In this document: piece after piece, positions 11,490 to 24,750 of the stretch
Layout of the letters: every line of letters starts with the position of its first letter
How positions within the stretch are numbered: position 1 is the first letter of the stretch
Program-made: the position numbers and the translations under genes
The notes under the pieces: generated by a model
Database searches by the model: none
Told to the model about the DNA's origin: nothing
Seen by the model: the letters and a program-made list of their open reading frames with translations, nothing else
NCBI RefSeq assembly: GCF_963921235.1
Contig: NC_086097.1
Span: 211,422,001 to 211,486,000, forward strand
Reading direction: 5' to 3'
From: Mobula hypostoma
Lineage: Eukaryota
DNA length: 64,000 nucleotides

Positions 11490-13730
11490 GTGCTTTTGGT
11501 GAACAGGACTGCAGTGGTGATCGGAGATTCCATAGTTAGAAGAACAGAGACAAGATTCTCGGGGTGTGATAAAGACCCCCAGATGCTATGTTGCCTCTCA
11601 GGTGCCAGGGTCAGGGATGTCTCAGATCAGGTCCATGGTATTCTCAAGGAGGAGGGTGTGCAGCCAGAAGTCTTGATAGATATTGGCACCAATGACATGG
11701 GTAGAAAAGGTGAGGTGGTCCTAAAGCGAGGTACTAGAGAGATAGGTAGAAAGCTGAAAGACAGGACCTCCAGGGTAGTAAACTCTGGATTGCTGCCTGT
11801 GCCATATACCAGTGAGAGTAAGAATAGGATGATTTGGCAGGTGAATGCATGGCCAAGGAACTGGTGCAGGGGGCAGGGGTTCATACTTACGAATCATTGG
11901 GATCTCTTCTGGGGAAGGTACAACCTGAACAAAAGGGACGGGTTACACCTGAACCCAAGGGGAACCAATACTTGTGGGCAGGTTGGCTAGAGTTGTGCGG
12001 GAGGGTTTAAACTAATTTGGCAAGAGGATGGGAACTGGAGTGATAGTGCTAGCGATGAGGTAGTTAGTTTACAAATAGGGGCAATGTGTAGTGAGATCGC
12101 TAGCAAGGAGAGGCTGATGATAGGATAGAATTTCAGTCAACAAGATGAGTTGCAATGTAAAAGACGGACAAAATCAAAAAGGGTGAAGACAAGACTGAAG
12201 GTGATATATTTCAATGCGTGCAGTATATGGAATAAGGTAGATGAACATAGCACAGTTACAGATTGGCAAGTATGATGTTGTGGGCATCACTGAATCATGG
12301 CTGAAAGAAGATTATAGCTGGGAGCTTAATATCCAAGGGTACACATTATATTAAAAGGACAGGCAGGTAGGCAGAGATGGTGGTGTAGCTCTGCTGGGAA
12401 AAAATGAACTCAGATCATTAGAAAAAGGTGAAAATCAGAAGGTGTTGAATCATTGTGGGTAAAGCTAAGGAATGAAAAGGGTAAAAAGACCCTGCTGGGA
12501 GTTAGATACAGACCCCCAAACAGCAGTAAGGATATGGTTTTCAAATTAAAACGGGAGATAGAAAATGCATGCCATAACAGCAGTGTTACAATAGTCACAG
12601 GAGATTTCAATATGCAGGTAGATGGGGAAAATCAAGTTGGTGCTGGATCCCAAGAGGGAGAATTTCTAGAATGCCTACAAGATGTTTTTTAGAGCAGCCC
12701 ATGGTTAAGCCCACTAGGGGATCAGCTGTTCTGGATTAAGTGTCGTGCAATGAACAGGAATTAATTAGATAGTTTAAGGTAAAAGAACTCATAGGGAAAA
12801 TTTAATATGATCAAATTCAACCTGCAGTTTAAGAAGGAGAAGCTACAGTCAGATGTATCAGTATCACATTAAAGTAAAGGGAATTAGAGAAGCATGAGAG
12901 AGGAGTTGGCCATAATTGATTGAAAAGAACACTGGCAGGGATGACAGCAGAGCAGCAATGGCTGGAATTTCTGGAAGCAATTCGGAAGACACAGGATATA
13001 TACATCCCAAAGACAACGAAGTATTCTGAAGACAAGATGATGCAACAGTGGCTATCAAGAGAAGTCAAAGCCAACATAAAAGCCAAAGAGAGGGTATATA
13101 ATAGAGAAAAATTAGTGAGAAGTTGGAGGATTGAGAAGCATTTAAATACCAACAGAAGGCAACTAAAAAGGTCATTAAGAAGGTAAAGATGGAATACAAA
13201 AGTCAGCTAGCCCATAATATTAAAGATACCAAACTTTCTTCAGATACATAAGTTGTAAAAGAGAGATGAGGGAGGATATTGGGCTGCTGGAAAATGATGC
13301 AGGAGAGGTAGTAATGGGGGGAAAGAAAATGGTGGATGAACTAAATAAGTATTTTGCATCTATCTTCACTGTGGAAGACACTAGCAGTATGGTGGAAGTT
13401 TGAGTGTCAAGGGGCAGAAATGTGACAAGTTGCCATTACTAGGGAGAATGTTCTTGGGAAACTGGAAGTTCTGAAGGTAGATAAGTCACCTGGATCACAT
13501 AGAATACACTCCAGGGCTCTGAAAGAGGTGGCTGAAGAGATTGTGGAGGTCTTTCAAGAATCAGTTGATTCAGGTGTGGTTCCACAGGAATGGAAAATTG
13601 CAAATGTCACTCCATTCTTCAAGAAGGGAGAGAGGCAGAAGAAAGGAAATTATAAGCCAGTTAGTTTGTCATCAGTGGTTGGGAAGATGTTGGAGTCAAT
13701 TATTAAGGATGAGGTCTTAGGGTACAGAAG
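11490..13730 (+). mobile_element. CR1 LINE: ORF1 SGNH/esterase domain plus APE and start of RT, degenerate
   Basis: ORF 11454-11990 VVIGDSIVR...SGARVRD...IGTND...RDGLHLN (SGNH); YRPPNS, GDFN; WKIANVTPFFKKG. Confidence 0.9.
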
Positions 13731-13858
13731 GGTCGTGTTCCTAGATCTGCTTGTATCAGAGTTTTCTATAATGTGAAATCCCAATTCCCATTCAATACAA
13801 TGTAGAAAATAGAGATGCATCCATGTGGGGTGTTTACCTTTCAATAGCTGCTGCTTCA

Positions 13859-14123
13859 TGTTGTGTTTTAATACTTCAATAATATTTGAGTAATCTTGTA
13901 TATATTTTGGTTGATTAAGTGTTCCAGTTCTTTAAATATTTCATTATGGGTTATATATGTAACAATGTGAATTGCACATGTCATCACACTGCCATGTGAT
14001 ACATGTGCACCTCACCTAAAGTAAACTCAACATTACACCTGTATTTCAAACTGGACCTGTATTCTCAGACTCCCATGTCTTTCCTTCAATTAGTTTAATG
14101 TTTTGAACTTACAAAACATAGCA
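13859..14123 (+). mobile_element. Solo LTR
   Basis: tgttgtgttt...aaaacatagca inverted termini; flanks cttca/gttca (imperfect 5 bp TSD); a related sequence lies in reverse at about 36700-36815. Confidence 0.6.
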
Positions 14124-14295
14124 GTTCACAGTTAGGGGTTGGTGGTGGTGGCACTTAATAAATTTCCTTGTCAGTTTCCAAATTAAATCAATTTCCATCA
14201 AATACCTTTGGAGGCACAGGCAACTACAGATACGTATCTCTTTCCAGCCTTCAGCTTGAAATGGAGACATACAGTTTTAAACTTGCAACAAATAA

Positions 14296-14500
14296 TGTTG
14301 TTGTTCCTTTTCACGCCTTGTGGTGCATCAGCCAGTATTTTTGGCATTTTCTGTAGCACTTGACTGTTTTTTATGAGGCCGAATTGCTTGCTCAATGCTC
14401 AACCCTGCACAGATGGAAAGCGTGCATAGAGCTGGCTGGATTCGAACTCAGGACCATTCGCCTTGAAGTCGGTACTAATACCACCACACCACCGGCTGAC
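14296..14500 (-). mobile_element. tRNA-derived SINE with (caa)n tail
   Basis: The - strand head has an A box (tggtgtggtgg) and a B box (gagttcgaatcc). Confidence 0.75.
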
Positions 14501-16659
14501 TAAACTATATAGTGTTAAGATAGTTTAATCATGTAATTCACAATAAATAATAGTGATCATTTATGTTTACAACTTGCACATAAATTTGCTGTTCCAGTTT
14601 CAGACTCCTTGAATGTAAAAAATACGGAAAGCTCTTGAAAAAATAAAACCTGTTTGACAGCAAAATGAACTACCATACTAAAAACACTGCCTCTTTATTT
14701 GTGCATACATCATGAAACACAAGATAAAAATAAAAACAGAGATTATTTGTTGTTTTTTTTGCATTTTGTGTATATATACTTTTTATTCCCACATATATGA
14801 TCTATAGAAGTGAATTTTGTTCTGTCTCGGACTTCTAGCGAGTGTTTGGTCAATTCCATAAAAGAGAACCCCTGTAACGTGAACGTAATGCAGGAGCTGA
14901 CTGAACTGATATACTTGGGAATGTGCCCGTCAGCAGTATTCAGCTGCCGACATCTCCTTGCACTAGAAGGCCTGAAAATTTTGGGCAGCCCAAAATGTGC
15001 CTTTCACCAAGTTGATTATGTTCTGACTGCAGTCAATGTTTTCCTCCAAAAGCATCCGTGAGAGCAGCACACTGAGCACAGAGAGCCCATAGAGCAGAGT
15101 GTTTTGCAGCTGCTTAGAATAAAACTCAACAAGGGCCACTGCATCCCTTTCCAGTCCTTCTTGGCAAATGCACAATTCACAGGAGCCCTGGAGAGGGTAG
15201 TGTCATATTCAGCAGGAAGAGGTGCAGCCAACTGTTACAGGCAGCACAGAACTGCCTGTTGAACCAACATAACTGCAATACTGAACTGTTTTGCTCTGCT
15301 TCTTCCAGGCATCTAAAAGGATTATCAAAAAACATCAGGCAGTTTTCCACAGCACAGGAAGAGAGTTGTGCACTGAAATTACACTCTGCTCAAAATCTAG
15401 TGTTGTACTTTTCTTGGTCTCATTTTTCCATGCTGGCAAACAGCTGCTGGCATTGTGATGCCTATCTGATTTGATGTAGATCACACAGAAAATTCAAGCA
15501 CCCCTGTTTGTCATTATAATTTCAGCAATAAGCTAGTGCTAACCATTCTTTTACTACACCATGGTAGTTCCAAGTTTCAAGAAATGTTCAAGTTGCCTGA
15601 TGCTCAGTAAAGCCTGTCTGCACCTCCTAAGAGCTGAAGTACTTTGGGACTAGAATGCTGTGGAAATTATTGCACAGGGGGTTGAGCAAACAGAAAGCTG
15701 CTCGCATCGAGATATTCATTACAGAAGCCCTTGGTAAACAAGGTACAAAAGAGGAAAAAGGTCCTGTATGAGCTGCCAGCATCAATGGAATTGGCAAAGT
15801 TGCAGTGTACAGAGGATGCTGTAGAGATTAAAATTAGTTGGAATTAAAGTCCAGCCTCATAGACACAGATGAAGTTCTGAAAGTCAGTGAATACGTGGTA
15901 CTCCTCTGAATACAGCACCAGTCTCACTACTTCCTGTATTCACATCACTCAGCAACAATCAGCATTCAGAGCATTCATGTATCTCCTTCCAATTTCACAC
16001 ATTTACCATATTCCAAGTCATGCACCCATATTGTACAGCTTGCTTAGTCTACTACTCAACTGTGGCAGGCAAATCACACAATGCTCAGGAACACACATCC
16101 TCTTTCGGGCCAAATTAATGCAAAGTTAGTGGCAGCAGCTGCACATACGTGGAGGGCTTGTGCAACCTTGGAACAAATTTCACAACATACAGTATGTCAG
16201 TGATAATAAACCTGATTCTTATCCTGAAATCCAGGACGAGAGGGTGCTGACCGTCACAGGATAAAAGTTTTCATTGAGTTTGTCACTAATGGAGACCTTG
16301 ATAAGTTACAGTGTGCATAAGAAACTACAAAGTCGTGGACACAGCTCAGCACGTCAAGGAAACTAAATTCCACTCTATGGACTCTGTCTATACTTCTCAC
16401 TGCCTCGGTAAAGCAGCCAACATAATCAAATTCCCACACACCCCAGGCATTTGCTCTTGTCTCCACTCCCACTGGATAGAAAATACAAAAGCCTGAAAGC
16501 ACATCCCACTAGGGTCAAAGACAGCTTCTAACCTACTGTTATCAGACTCCTAAATGGCCCTCTTGTACAATAAGATTGACTTTTCACCTCACAATCCACC
16601 TCGTTATGATGTTGAACTTTATTGTGTACCAATTTTTCTGTGGCTTTCACACTTCATTT

Positions 16660-19260
16660 GATAAAACCTTGCTGCCAGGAAACCTCAAGCTCTGGTGCCT
16701 TCAGTTTGGATTGCTACCTCGGGTGTTCTGGCCACTGATTCTGTATGAAGTCCCCATCACTCATGTTGAAAAGCTGGCGAGGACAGTTAGTTCCTTCATT
16801 AAGAAGTGGATGGGACTACCAAGATCACTAGCTAACATCTACCTGTATGGGCACAGGAGCTCTGAAGTTGCCTGTCACGGGCTGACTGAAGAGTTCAAGT
16901 GAGCCAAAGTGAGGCTCGAGATTACTCTCTTGATATCCCAATAGACAACAGACAATAGACAATAGGTGCAAGAGTAGGCCGTTCGGCCCTTCGAGCCAGC
17001 ACCACCATTCACTGTGATCATGGCTGATCATCCACAATCAGTATCCAGTTCCTGCCTTATCCCCATAACCCTTGATTCCGCTGTCTTTAAGAGCTCTATC
17101 CATCTCTTTTTTGAAAGCATCCAGAGACTTGGCCTCCACAGCCTTCTGAGGCAGAGCATTCCATATATCCACCACTCTCTGGGTGAAAAAGTTTTTCCTC
17201 AACTTCGTTCTAAATGGCCTACCCCTAATTCTTAAACTGTGGCCTCTGGTTCTGGACTCACCCATCAGCGGGAACATGCTTCCTGCCTCCAGAGTGTCCA
17301 ATCCCTTAATAATCTTATATGTTTCAATAAGATCCCCTCTCAGCCTTCTAAATTCCAGAGTATACAAGCCCAGTTGCTCCAATCTTTCGACATATGACAG
17401 TCCCACCATCCCGGGAATTAACCTTGTGAACCTACGCTGCACTCCCTCAATAGCAAGAATGTCCTTCCTCAAATTTGGAGGACAAAACTGCACACAGTAC
17501 TCCAGGTGTGGTCTCACCAGGGCCCTGTACAGCTGCAGAACGACCTCTTTGCTCTTGTACTCAATTCCCCTTGTTATGAAGACCAGCATGCCATTAGCTT
17601 TCTTCACTGCCTGCTGTACTTGCATGCTTGTTTTCAGTGACAGAGTTGTCCAGGACACTGCACCCAGGACCTTAACAGGGAGAAAGAAGTGTCCAGCAGA
17701 GTCAGTAAAACAGGCAAAAGCAGCACTCAGGATGGCAGACATGGTGGGCCAGGTGCAACCTGGAGGAGAGGAGTCTTGGAACAGGGTCAAATAGCAAAAA
17801 CAGGGTCCATTCGGCAAAAGGCGACAACACAAAGGCGAAGGCGAGCTATGGTGGTGGAGGAAGTACAGCGACAGGAGGTAAGCAAGAGCAGTGTCTCAGA
17901 CAAAACAAAGACAGTGGACAAGGTGGGAAAACATTGAGAAAAGAAAATTCAGCCAGAAAAACATCGGAAAAGGAAGGAAGAAAGAGCAGTTTATGATGTT
18001 CTCCCAACTTGCAAAAATCTGAACCAGTGGCTCGGTGAAGACCCAGCTTGTCCACTCTGTGGAAGAACAGCAAACCTCAAGCACATCCTCTCACCTTGCA
18101 AAGTAAGCCTCTCTCAATGAAGTTACACATGGAGGCACAACCAGGTACTCAGATGTTTGGCATCCATTGTGGAGAAGCAAGGGCTGAGTAATAACGGTCA
18201 GCCCCATGTGACTGGAAGAACCACTATCCCCTTTGTCCGGCAAGAACAGACAGTGCCACCTCAGTGACACGGTTGGTGTCAGGCATACTGGAGCCGGGTC
18301 ATGACTGGAACATGGTTGTCGACCTTGACAAAATATTTCCCCCGGAGATAGCCACTACCACCCTCAGACCAGATTTGGTCTTGTGGACCAGCAGGCTGAA
18401 GGCTGCAGTAATCTGAGAGCTCACAGTGCCCTGGGAAGATGCAGTCTGTGAGGCGTGTGAGTGGAAACATGTAAGATGCACTGAGCTGGCCAGTGATGCT
18501 GAGCAGTGTGGATGGAAGGTGCAGATTTTCCCAGTAGATTTGTGGCTATTTCCACGAAACATAGAAACAGAGAAAACCTACAGCACAATACAGGCCCTTC
18601 AGCCCACAAAGCTGTGCTGAACATGTCCTTACCTTAGAAATTACCTAGGGTTACCCATAACCCTCTATTTTTCTGTGCTCCATGTACCTGTCCAGGAGTT
18701 TCTTAAAAGACCCTATCATATCTGCCTCCACCACCGTCGCCAGCAGCCCGTTCCACACACTCACCACTCTCTGTGTAAAAAAAACCAACTTACCTCTGAC
18801 ATCTCCTCTGTACCTACTTCCAAGCATCTTAAAATTGTGCCCTCTCGTGCTAGCCACTTCATCCCCTGGGAAAAGCCTCTGACCATCCACACGATCAATG
18901 CTTCTCATCAGATTGCTAAAGGAATTGGGAGACCGAGGCCAGGGCCAGCGGCAAGCTATAAAAGAACCCTCAGTTATCCATTGGTTATGGATGAAGTGAA
19001 ATGATGGCAGCTGGGCCCTAAAATGACCCATGAGTGGCCAGATGTGAAGGGGGGTGCACACGGGATGCTGGGGTGCACTGAGCGCTCTGGAAATGTAATG
19101 GGCTTAAAATGACAAAACATTTAGGAAGGGGGGTGCCCACCTGATGACCCCTAGGAAGCATCTGCCACCCACCAAGCCCCACCCCAAGATCTCTATGCCA
19201 GGACCTGAGTTAGGATCTGCTTATCAAAGGGATTGAAACATCTCGTCCTATGAGCTCAGA
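16660..19260 (-). mobile_element. Two CR1 3' fragments (16942-17640 and about 18556-18908) inserted into the HERO element
   Basis: ORFs 17038-17832 and 18651-19061 carry CR1 C-terminal motifs (LYRALVRPHLEYC, FFTQRVV..WN) and microsatellite tails; the span given is that of the host element. Confidence 0.85.
16660..19260 (+). mobile_element. HERO-clade (RLE-encoding) non-LTR retrotransposon, 5'-truncated and split by two CR1 insertions
   Basis: LPGNLKLWCLQFGLLPRVFWPL..YEV; CCHC knuckle CPLCGRTANLKHILSPC then YTWRHNQVL; RLE motif TTLRPDLVLW...ELTVPWED. Confidence 0.85.
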
Positions 19261-19377
19261 CTGCATTGTCACAACCACGAGAAAATCTGCTGATTTTGGA
19301 AATCCAAAACAACACACACAAAATGCTAGAGGAACTCAGCAGGCCAGGCAGCATTTATGGAATTGAATAAATAGTCG

Positions 19378-20270
19378 AATTGCATTTGATTTGCAAAAGC
19401 AGGAGCTATGTGTGAGACAGTGCATAATAATCTGAAATGCTATTATTTCTGATATAATGAATTTTTATTTTAAAATGTCGTTTTCATTAGAGTTAAAGAA
19501 TAAATCTGGAATGAACAAATAATTTGGCTCCCCCAATGAGGGTAGAATGGGTGCAGACCTGCTTTGAATTTTCAGACTGATGAGTATTCGTAGTATAACT
19601 TGCAGTGGGCCTCCCCTCTTCTTCCAAATCACCTGTGCTATTTAAGGCATCAACATTTGCTTGAAGGTTTATTGGCAACTGACTTACCTGAGTATTGTTA
19701 ACAACTATTAATTTATCAGATTTTGCCACCATTTCTGAATGAGACAGGGAATGTTTTTTGCAGGAGTATGGGATTGTGACCTGATATCTAGGCTTTGGCC
19801 AAATTCTAGTATTTCTAGAATTGATGTGCAGCATAGTTGGAAAAGCGAATAGGTGATTCTGCTGTACAAAACCACTCGGACAGCAATTTCCATACACACA
19901 CCGCAACAAGATACAATGACTTTCGACATTCCTATTTCATTAAGAAAGTGGTTACAGAAGTATTGTATATGCTGCAGAACAAGTTTAGAACTGAACAGAC
20001 AATGGTTAAAACAAATCGATTTTAGTGCTTCTGCATTTGAACAGACTGGTGCAGGGGCCATATGGAAGATTTCACACTTTCAATGAGATATTATCCTCTA
20101 CTTGAATCAAAATTCAAAGAGCTGCAGATACTGGAAGTCAAAAATGCTAAAGACACCCAGCAGATTAAGCAGCATCCATGGAGAGATAAACAAAGGTAAT
20201 GTTTTTGGTTGTTGACCTTTCACCTCTCTTTACCTTCTACTTCATGTTGTCCTCTAGAAGTGGAATTTCT
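19378..20270. repeat. Left arm of an inverted duplication (partner about 22988-23787 plus 24473-24572)
   Basis: Long reverse-complement matches, also visible as shared peptides in ORFs 19493-19909(-) and 23359-23787(+): NTHQSE.SKQV.THS.L.GGAKLFVHSRFIL. Confidence 0.9.
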
Positions 20271-20559
20271 CACCTCCTTCCTTGGCAGAAAGCAGAATTG
20301 TTGATGAGGAATAATGCAATATTTGTTGAGAACATAACCCTTGAGCTTTCATCTCAAAAGCATTGGTATTTCCCATTCCAGGCAGTCAATACACTCTCCA
20401 CTACACATCTATAGAAGTTTGCCAAAGTTTTAGATGTCTTGCCAATAGTACTTCACATCCACCAGGACAAAAACAGCATGTATCAGCTAATTACACTGGG
20501 CATCTCCTTAGGACCTACAGTATTGTTTGCAAATATTTGCCTATGCTAAATATTTGCCT

Positions 20560-21419
20560 ATGACAACTGTCATTAGGCTTATCCGAGATGGTGATGAGTC
20601 TGCATACAGATGGGTGGTGGAACGGCTGGCCCTCTGGTGTGGTCAGAACAATCTGGAGCTAAATACGCTCAAGACTGTGGAGATGACAGTGGACTTCAGG
20701 AGGAGCTCCCCAGTACTCCCCCCACTCACTATACTCAACAGTATTGTGTCTGCTGTGGAGATCTTCAGGTTTCTGGGTGTCACAATCTCCCAGGACCTGA
20801 AGTGGACACCCAACGCGGACACTCTTATCAAAAAGGCTCAGCAGAGGTTGTATTTCCTACGTCAACTCAGGAAGTACAACCTGCCTCAGCAGCTGCTGAT
20901 TCAATTCTATTCAGGAATAATCCAGTCTGTTCTCTGTTTGTCCATCACTGTCTGGTTTGGATCAGCTACCAAACAAGACAAGAATAGACTCCAAAGAACC
21001 GTCAGGGCTGCGGAAAGGATTATTGGTGTGAAGCTGCCCTCAATCCAGGACTTATATGCATCTAGAGTCAGGAAGTGAGCAAGCAGCATCATTGTAGACC
21101 CATCACACCCTGGACATCACCTGTTCCAACTCCTTCCTTCTGGTAGGCGCTTTAGATCACTGTATGCCAGGACAAATAGGTACAAGAGCAGTTTCTTTCC
21201 ATATGCCATCAGTCTTATGAACACTTGAATTTTAGTCTATTATAAACCAAGTCCACCTGTACATACTCAGGTATACCTCATTGTATATAGTTCACGATTA
21301 TTTGCACTATTTTGTTTGCTTTTTGATTCTGTACAGCGAGAGCTCAGGGAAACCGGCATCAAATTCTCTGTATGTGTCCACATATTTGGCGATAATAAAG
21401 GATTCTGATTCTGATTCTA
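20560..21419 (+). mobile_element. Rex1/Babar LINE, 5'-truncated
   Basis: ORF 20527-21078 (WCGQNNLELNTLKT.EM.VDFR, KKAQQRLYFLRQL); AATAAA plus (gattct)n tail. Confidence 0.92.
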
Positions 21420-21471
21420 TGGTATGCTTCAAATTAATGTTCCCTCCCTCTCCCTCATCTTCCCTCACTAT

Positions 21472-21650
21472 ATAGAACATAGAACATAGAATAGTGCAGC
21501 ACAGTACAGAACCTTCGGCCCACATTGTTGTGCCAACTCTTAAACCCTGCCTCCCATATAACCCCCCACATTAAATTCCTCCACATACCTGTCTAGTAGT
21601 CTCTTAAATTTCACTAGTGTATCTGCCTCCACCTCTGACTCAGGCAGTGA
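21472..21650 (-). mobile_element. CR1 3' end
   Basis: VEADTLVKFKRLLDRY; (tagaaca)n tail on the + strand. Confidence 0.8.
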
Positions 21651-22344
21651 GTGAAGAGCCTGCCATGAGGAGATCCAGCATGATGTAACAAAGGGCAGAA
21701 TAGGCATGCTCAGAGAGCCTCTACCGCATCTCAGCAATCTTGGTGACCCGTGTAGAATACCTTCTGTGGTGTCAAGACACCCTCAACATCCCTTTGAAAT
21801 CAGAAGTTCAGAGATGTGATGGAACAGCCTGAGGTTGCATGGCAGCAACCTGAATTGGCTCAAGAACAGCTTAACCCCCATGGAGATATCTAAGTTTCTG
21901 CTACAACGTTGATAGTCGTGCATTTGCTGCAATAGGAGTTAATAGACTTGCAATCAGCAACAAGCAATGTTGCATCTGAAATCACTGAAATGGAGCTGAC
22001 CACCACTTCCATGCTACAAATTATGAATCCAAGCTCTGCATGATCTTCTGTGCAAGTCTAGATCTGAACCCATCCCGCCCCTATCACCCCAACCAACCCC
22101 ACCGCCCTGTCAACTATAAAGGCCTCCCAGCAGATCTGCCAAGGCACCTGTCAATGTATGTACATTATATATGATGACCCACTGAGGTATTCACCTTCTT
22201 TCTCTGAAAAAAGACCTTTTGTATGGCTGCACTCTCTGAGGAATTGGAACCTGGGATGTCTTTTGTCACAAGCCTGATTATATGCCGCCTTAACTCGTTC
22301 CAACTAACTCACAACATACACGTTGTTTCTCTAAAGTAACCTGC

Positions 22345-22965
22345 GTTGTACATGAGGTTTGTTTCATCGAGCACCTTCACTTCATCTGCCATAAAAGATG
22401 GGATTTTCTGGTGGTCACCCATTTCAAATATGCAGTACTTCCCATTCCCATTCTGACATGTCAGTCTATGGCCTCCTCTACTGCCACAACGAGGCACACT
22501 CAGGTTGGAGGAGCAACGTCTTTTATTTCATCTAGATAGCCTCCAACCTGATGCCATGAACATCAGTTTCTCGAACTTCCAGTAACGCACCCCCCCTCAC
22601 CATTCCCCATCCCCTTTTCCCTCTCTCACCTTATCTCCTTATCTGCCCATCACCTCCCTCCGATGCTCCTCCCCCTTTCCATTCTTCCATGGTCTTCTGT
22701 CCTCTCCGATCAGATTCCCCTTCCCCCGAACCTTTATCTCTTTCACCAATCAAGCACAGCTCTTCACTTTACCCCATCCCCCTCTCCCAGTTTCACCTAT
22801 CACCTACCTCCTTGTGCTTCTTCCTCTCCTCCCCCCACCTTCTTATTCTGACTTTTCCCCTTCTTTTCGAGCCCTGATAAAGGGTCTGTGCCTAAAATAT
22901 TGACTGTTTACTCTTTCTATAGATTTTGCCTGGCCTGCTGAGTTCCTCCAGCATTTTGTGTATGT
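22345..22965 (+). mobile_element. Penelope-like element 3' end (GIY-YIG C-terminus, pyrimidine tract, pLTR with degenerate hammerhead)
   Basis: SHSHSDMSVYGLLYCH...LRLEEQRLLFHLDSLQPDAMNISFSNFQ*, then ctgataaagggtc...cctaaaa and gcctggcctgctgagttcctccagcattttgtg. Confidence 0.85.
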
Positions 22966-22987
22966 AGCTTATTCTGCATTGTTATTT

Positions 22988-24572
22988 TCCACTTCTAGAG
23001 GACAACATGAAAGAGAAGGTAAAGAGAGGGCATTTCTGATGAAAGGTCATCAACCAAAAATATTAACTTGTTTTTTTTTCTCTCCACGGATGTTGCTTAA
23101 CCTGCTGGGTATTTTGTTTAGCATTTTTGACTTCCAGTATCTGCAGCTCTTTGATTTTTGATTTAAGTAGAGGATGATATCTCCATGAAAGTGTGGAATC
23201 TTCCAGATGGTCCCTGCACCAGTCTGTTCAGATTCAGAAGCACTAACATCGATTTTTTTTTATATATAACCATTGCCTGTTCAGTTCTAAACTTGTTCTG
23301 CAGCATATACAATACTTCTGTCACCACTTTCTTAATGAAATAGGAATGTCAAACGTCATTGTATCTTGTTGAGGTGTGTGTATGGAAACTGCTCTCTGAA
23401 TGGTTTTGTAGAGCAGAATCACCTATTGAGGATTCTCTACACTTCTCATTTCTAATAGATTGCTGTGAATTCTGTGCTCTCACCTTGCTTTTCCAACTAT
23501 GCTACACATCAATTCTAGATATCAGGTCACAATCCCATACTTCTGCAAAAGAAGTCTCATTCATAAATGATGACAATACTCAGGTAAGTCAGTTGGGAGA
23601 AGAGGGGAGGCCCACTACAAGTTATGCTAAGAATACTCATCAGTCTGAAAGTTCAAAGCAGGTCAGCACCCATTCTATCCTTGTTGGTGGAGCCAAATTA
23701 TTTGTTCATTCCAGGTTTATTCTTTCATTCTGGTCTACCACCAAGAAAAATGACATTTTAAAACAAAATTTCATTATATATGAATAATTAGATTAGATTA
23801 GATTATGAGGACACTCAGTCCTCATTTTATTGTCATTTAGAAATGCATGCATTAAAAATTGATACAATGTTCCTCCAGTACGATATCACAGAAACACAAG
23901 ACAGACCAAGACTAAAACTGACAAAAACCACATAATTATAACATATAGTTACAACAGTGCGAAGCAATACTGTAATTTAATAAGAGCAGACCATGGGCAC
24001 AGTAAAGAAAGGTCTCAAAGTCCTGATAGCCCCAACATCTCACGCAGATGGTAGAAGGGAGAAAACTCTCCCTGCCATGAGCTTCCAGCGCCGCAAACTT
24101 GCTGATGCAGCATCCTGGAAGCACCTGACCACAGTCCGACTCTGAGTCCATCCGAAAACTTCGAGCCTCGAACCAGCCCTCCGACACTGAGCACCGAGCA
24201 CCATCTCTGCCGAGCGCTTCGACCCCGGCCCCGGCCGCCAAGCATCAGGCAAAGCCAAGGATTTGGGACCTTCCCCTCCGGAGATTTCGGATCACACAGT
24301 AGCAGCGGCAGCGAAACAGGCATTTCAGAAGTTTCACCAAATGTTCCTCCGTGCTCTCACATGTGCCTCTATCAAATCAGAATTGTGCACGGCATCCTAC
24401 TTGACAGATAACAGATTATCATCACCGGAGAGGCCGCGCGCACTGCATCACGTCGCCATCTTCTCCTCCCGACATGGATATAAAATTATATTATTTTAAA
24501 ATTTTATCATCTTGGAATATTATGCACTGTCTCACACTTAGCTCCTGCTTTTGCAAATCAAATGCAATTCAT
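22988..24572. repeat. Right arm of the inverted duplication, interrupted by the 23788-24470 insertion
   Basis: Reverse complement of 19378-20270, with indels. Confidence 0.88.
23788..24470 (-). mobile_element. Non-autonomous, non-coding retroposon (gggaggagaagatggcg 5' end; (taatc)n tail)
   Basis: Present in only one arm of the inverted duplication; CpG-rich; AATAAA plus microsatellite tail; no credible ORF. Confidence 0.75.
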
Positions 24573-24750
24573 TATTCTAAACATGAAGAAAATAATTTTA
24601 TTTGAAAAATGCGATGATGGACTTCCGGGTCATCAAGGGAATGGCGGCGTAAGGAAAAGGTCTCTCAACAAAAAAGAAGGTAAACTGCCCCAAAATCGAA
24701 TTTAGACAAATACTTAATATTGCATAACTATATTAATAAAAGGGGCAAGG

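Noticed and set aside
14430..14500. tRNA gene (also at 57290-57360)
   Set aside because: The A and B boxes are SINE heads followed by SINE bodies and tails; no complete cloverleaf.
17183..17794. 203 aa + strand ORF
   Set aside because: An antisense frame of a CR1 fragment running into the HERO element.
19493..23787. Paralogous small proteins ending GGAKLFVHSRFIL
   Set aside because: The shared peptides arise from the inverted duplication. Frames shift between copies and no domain is recognisable.
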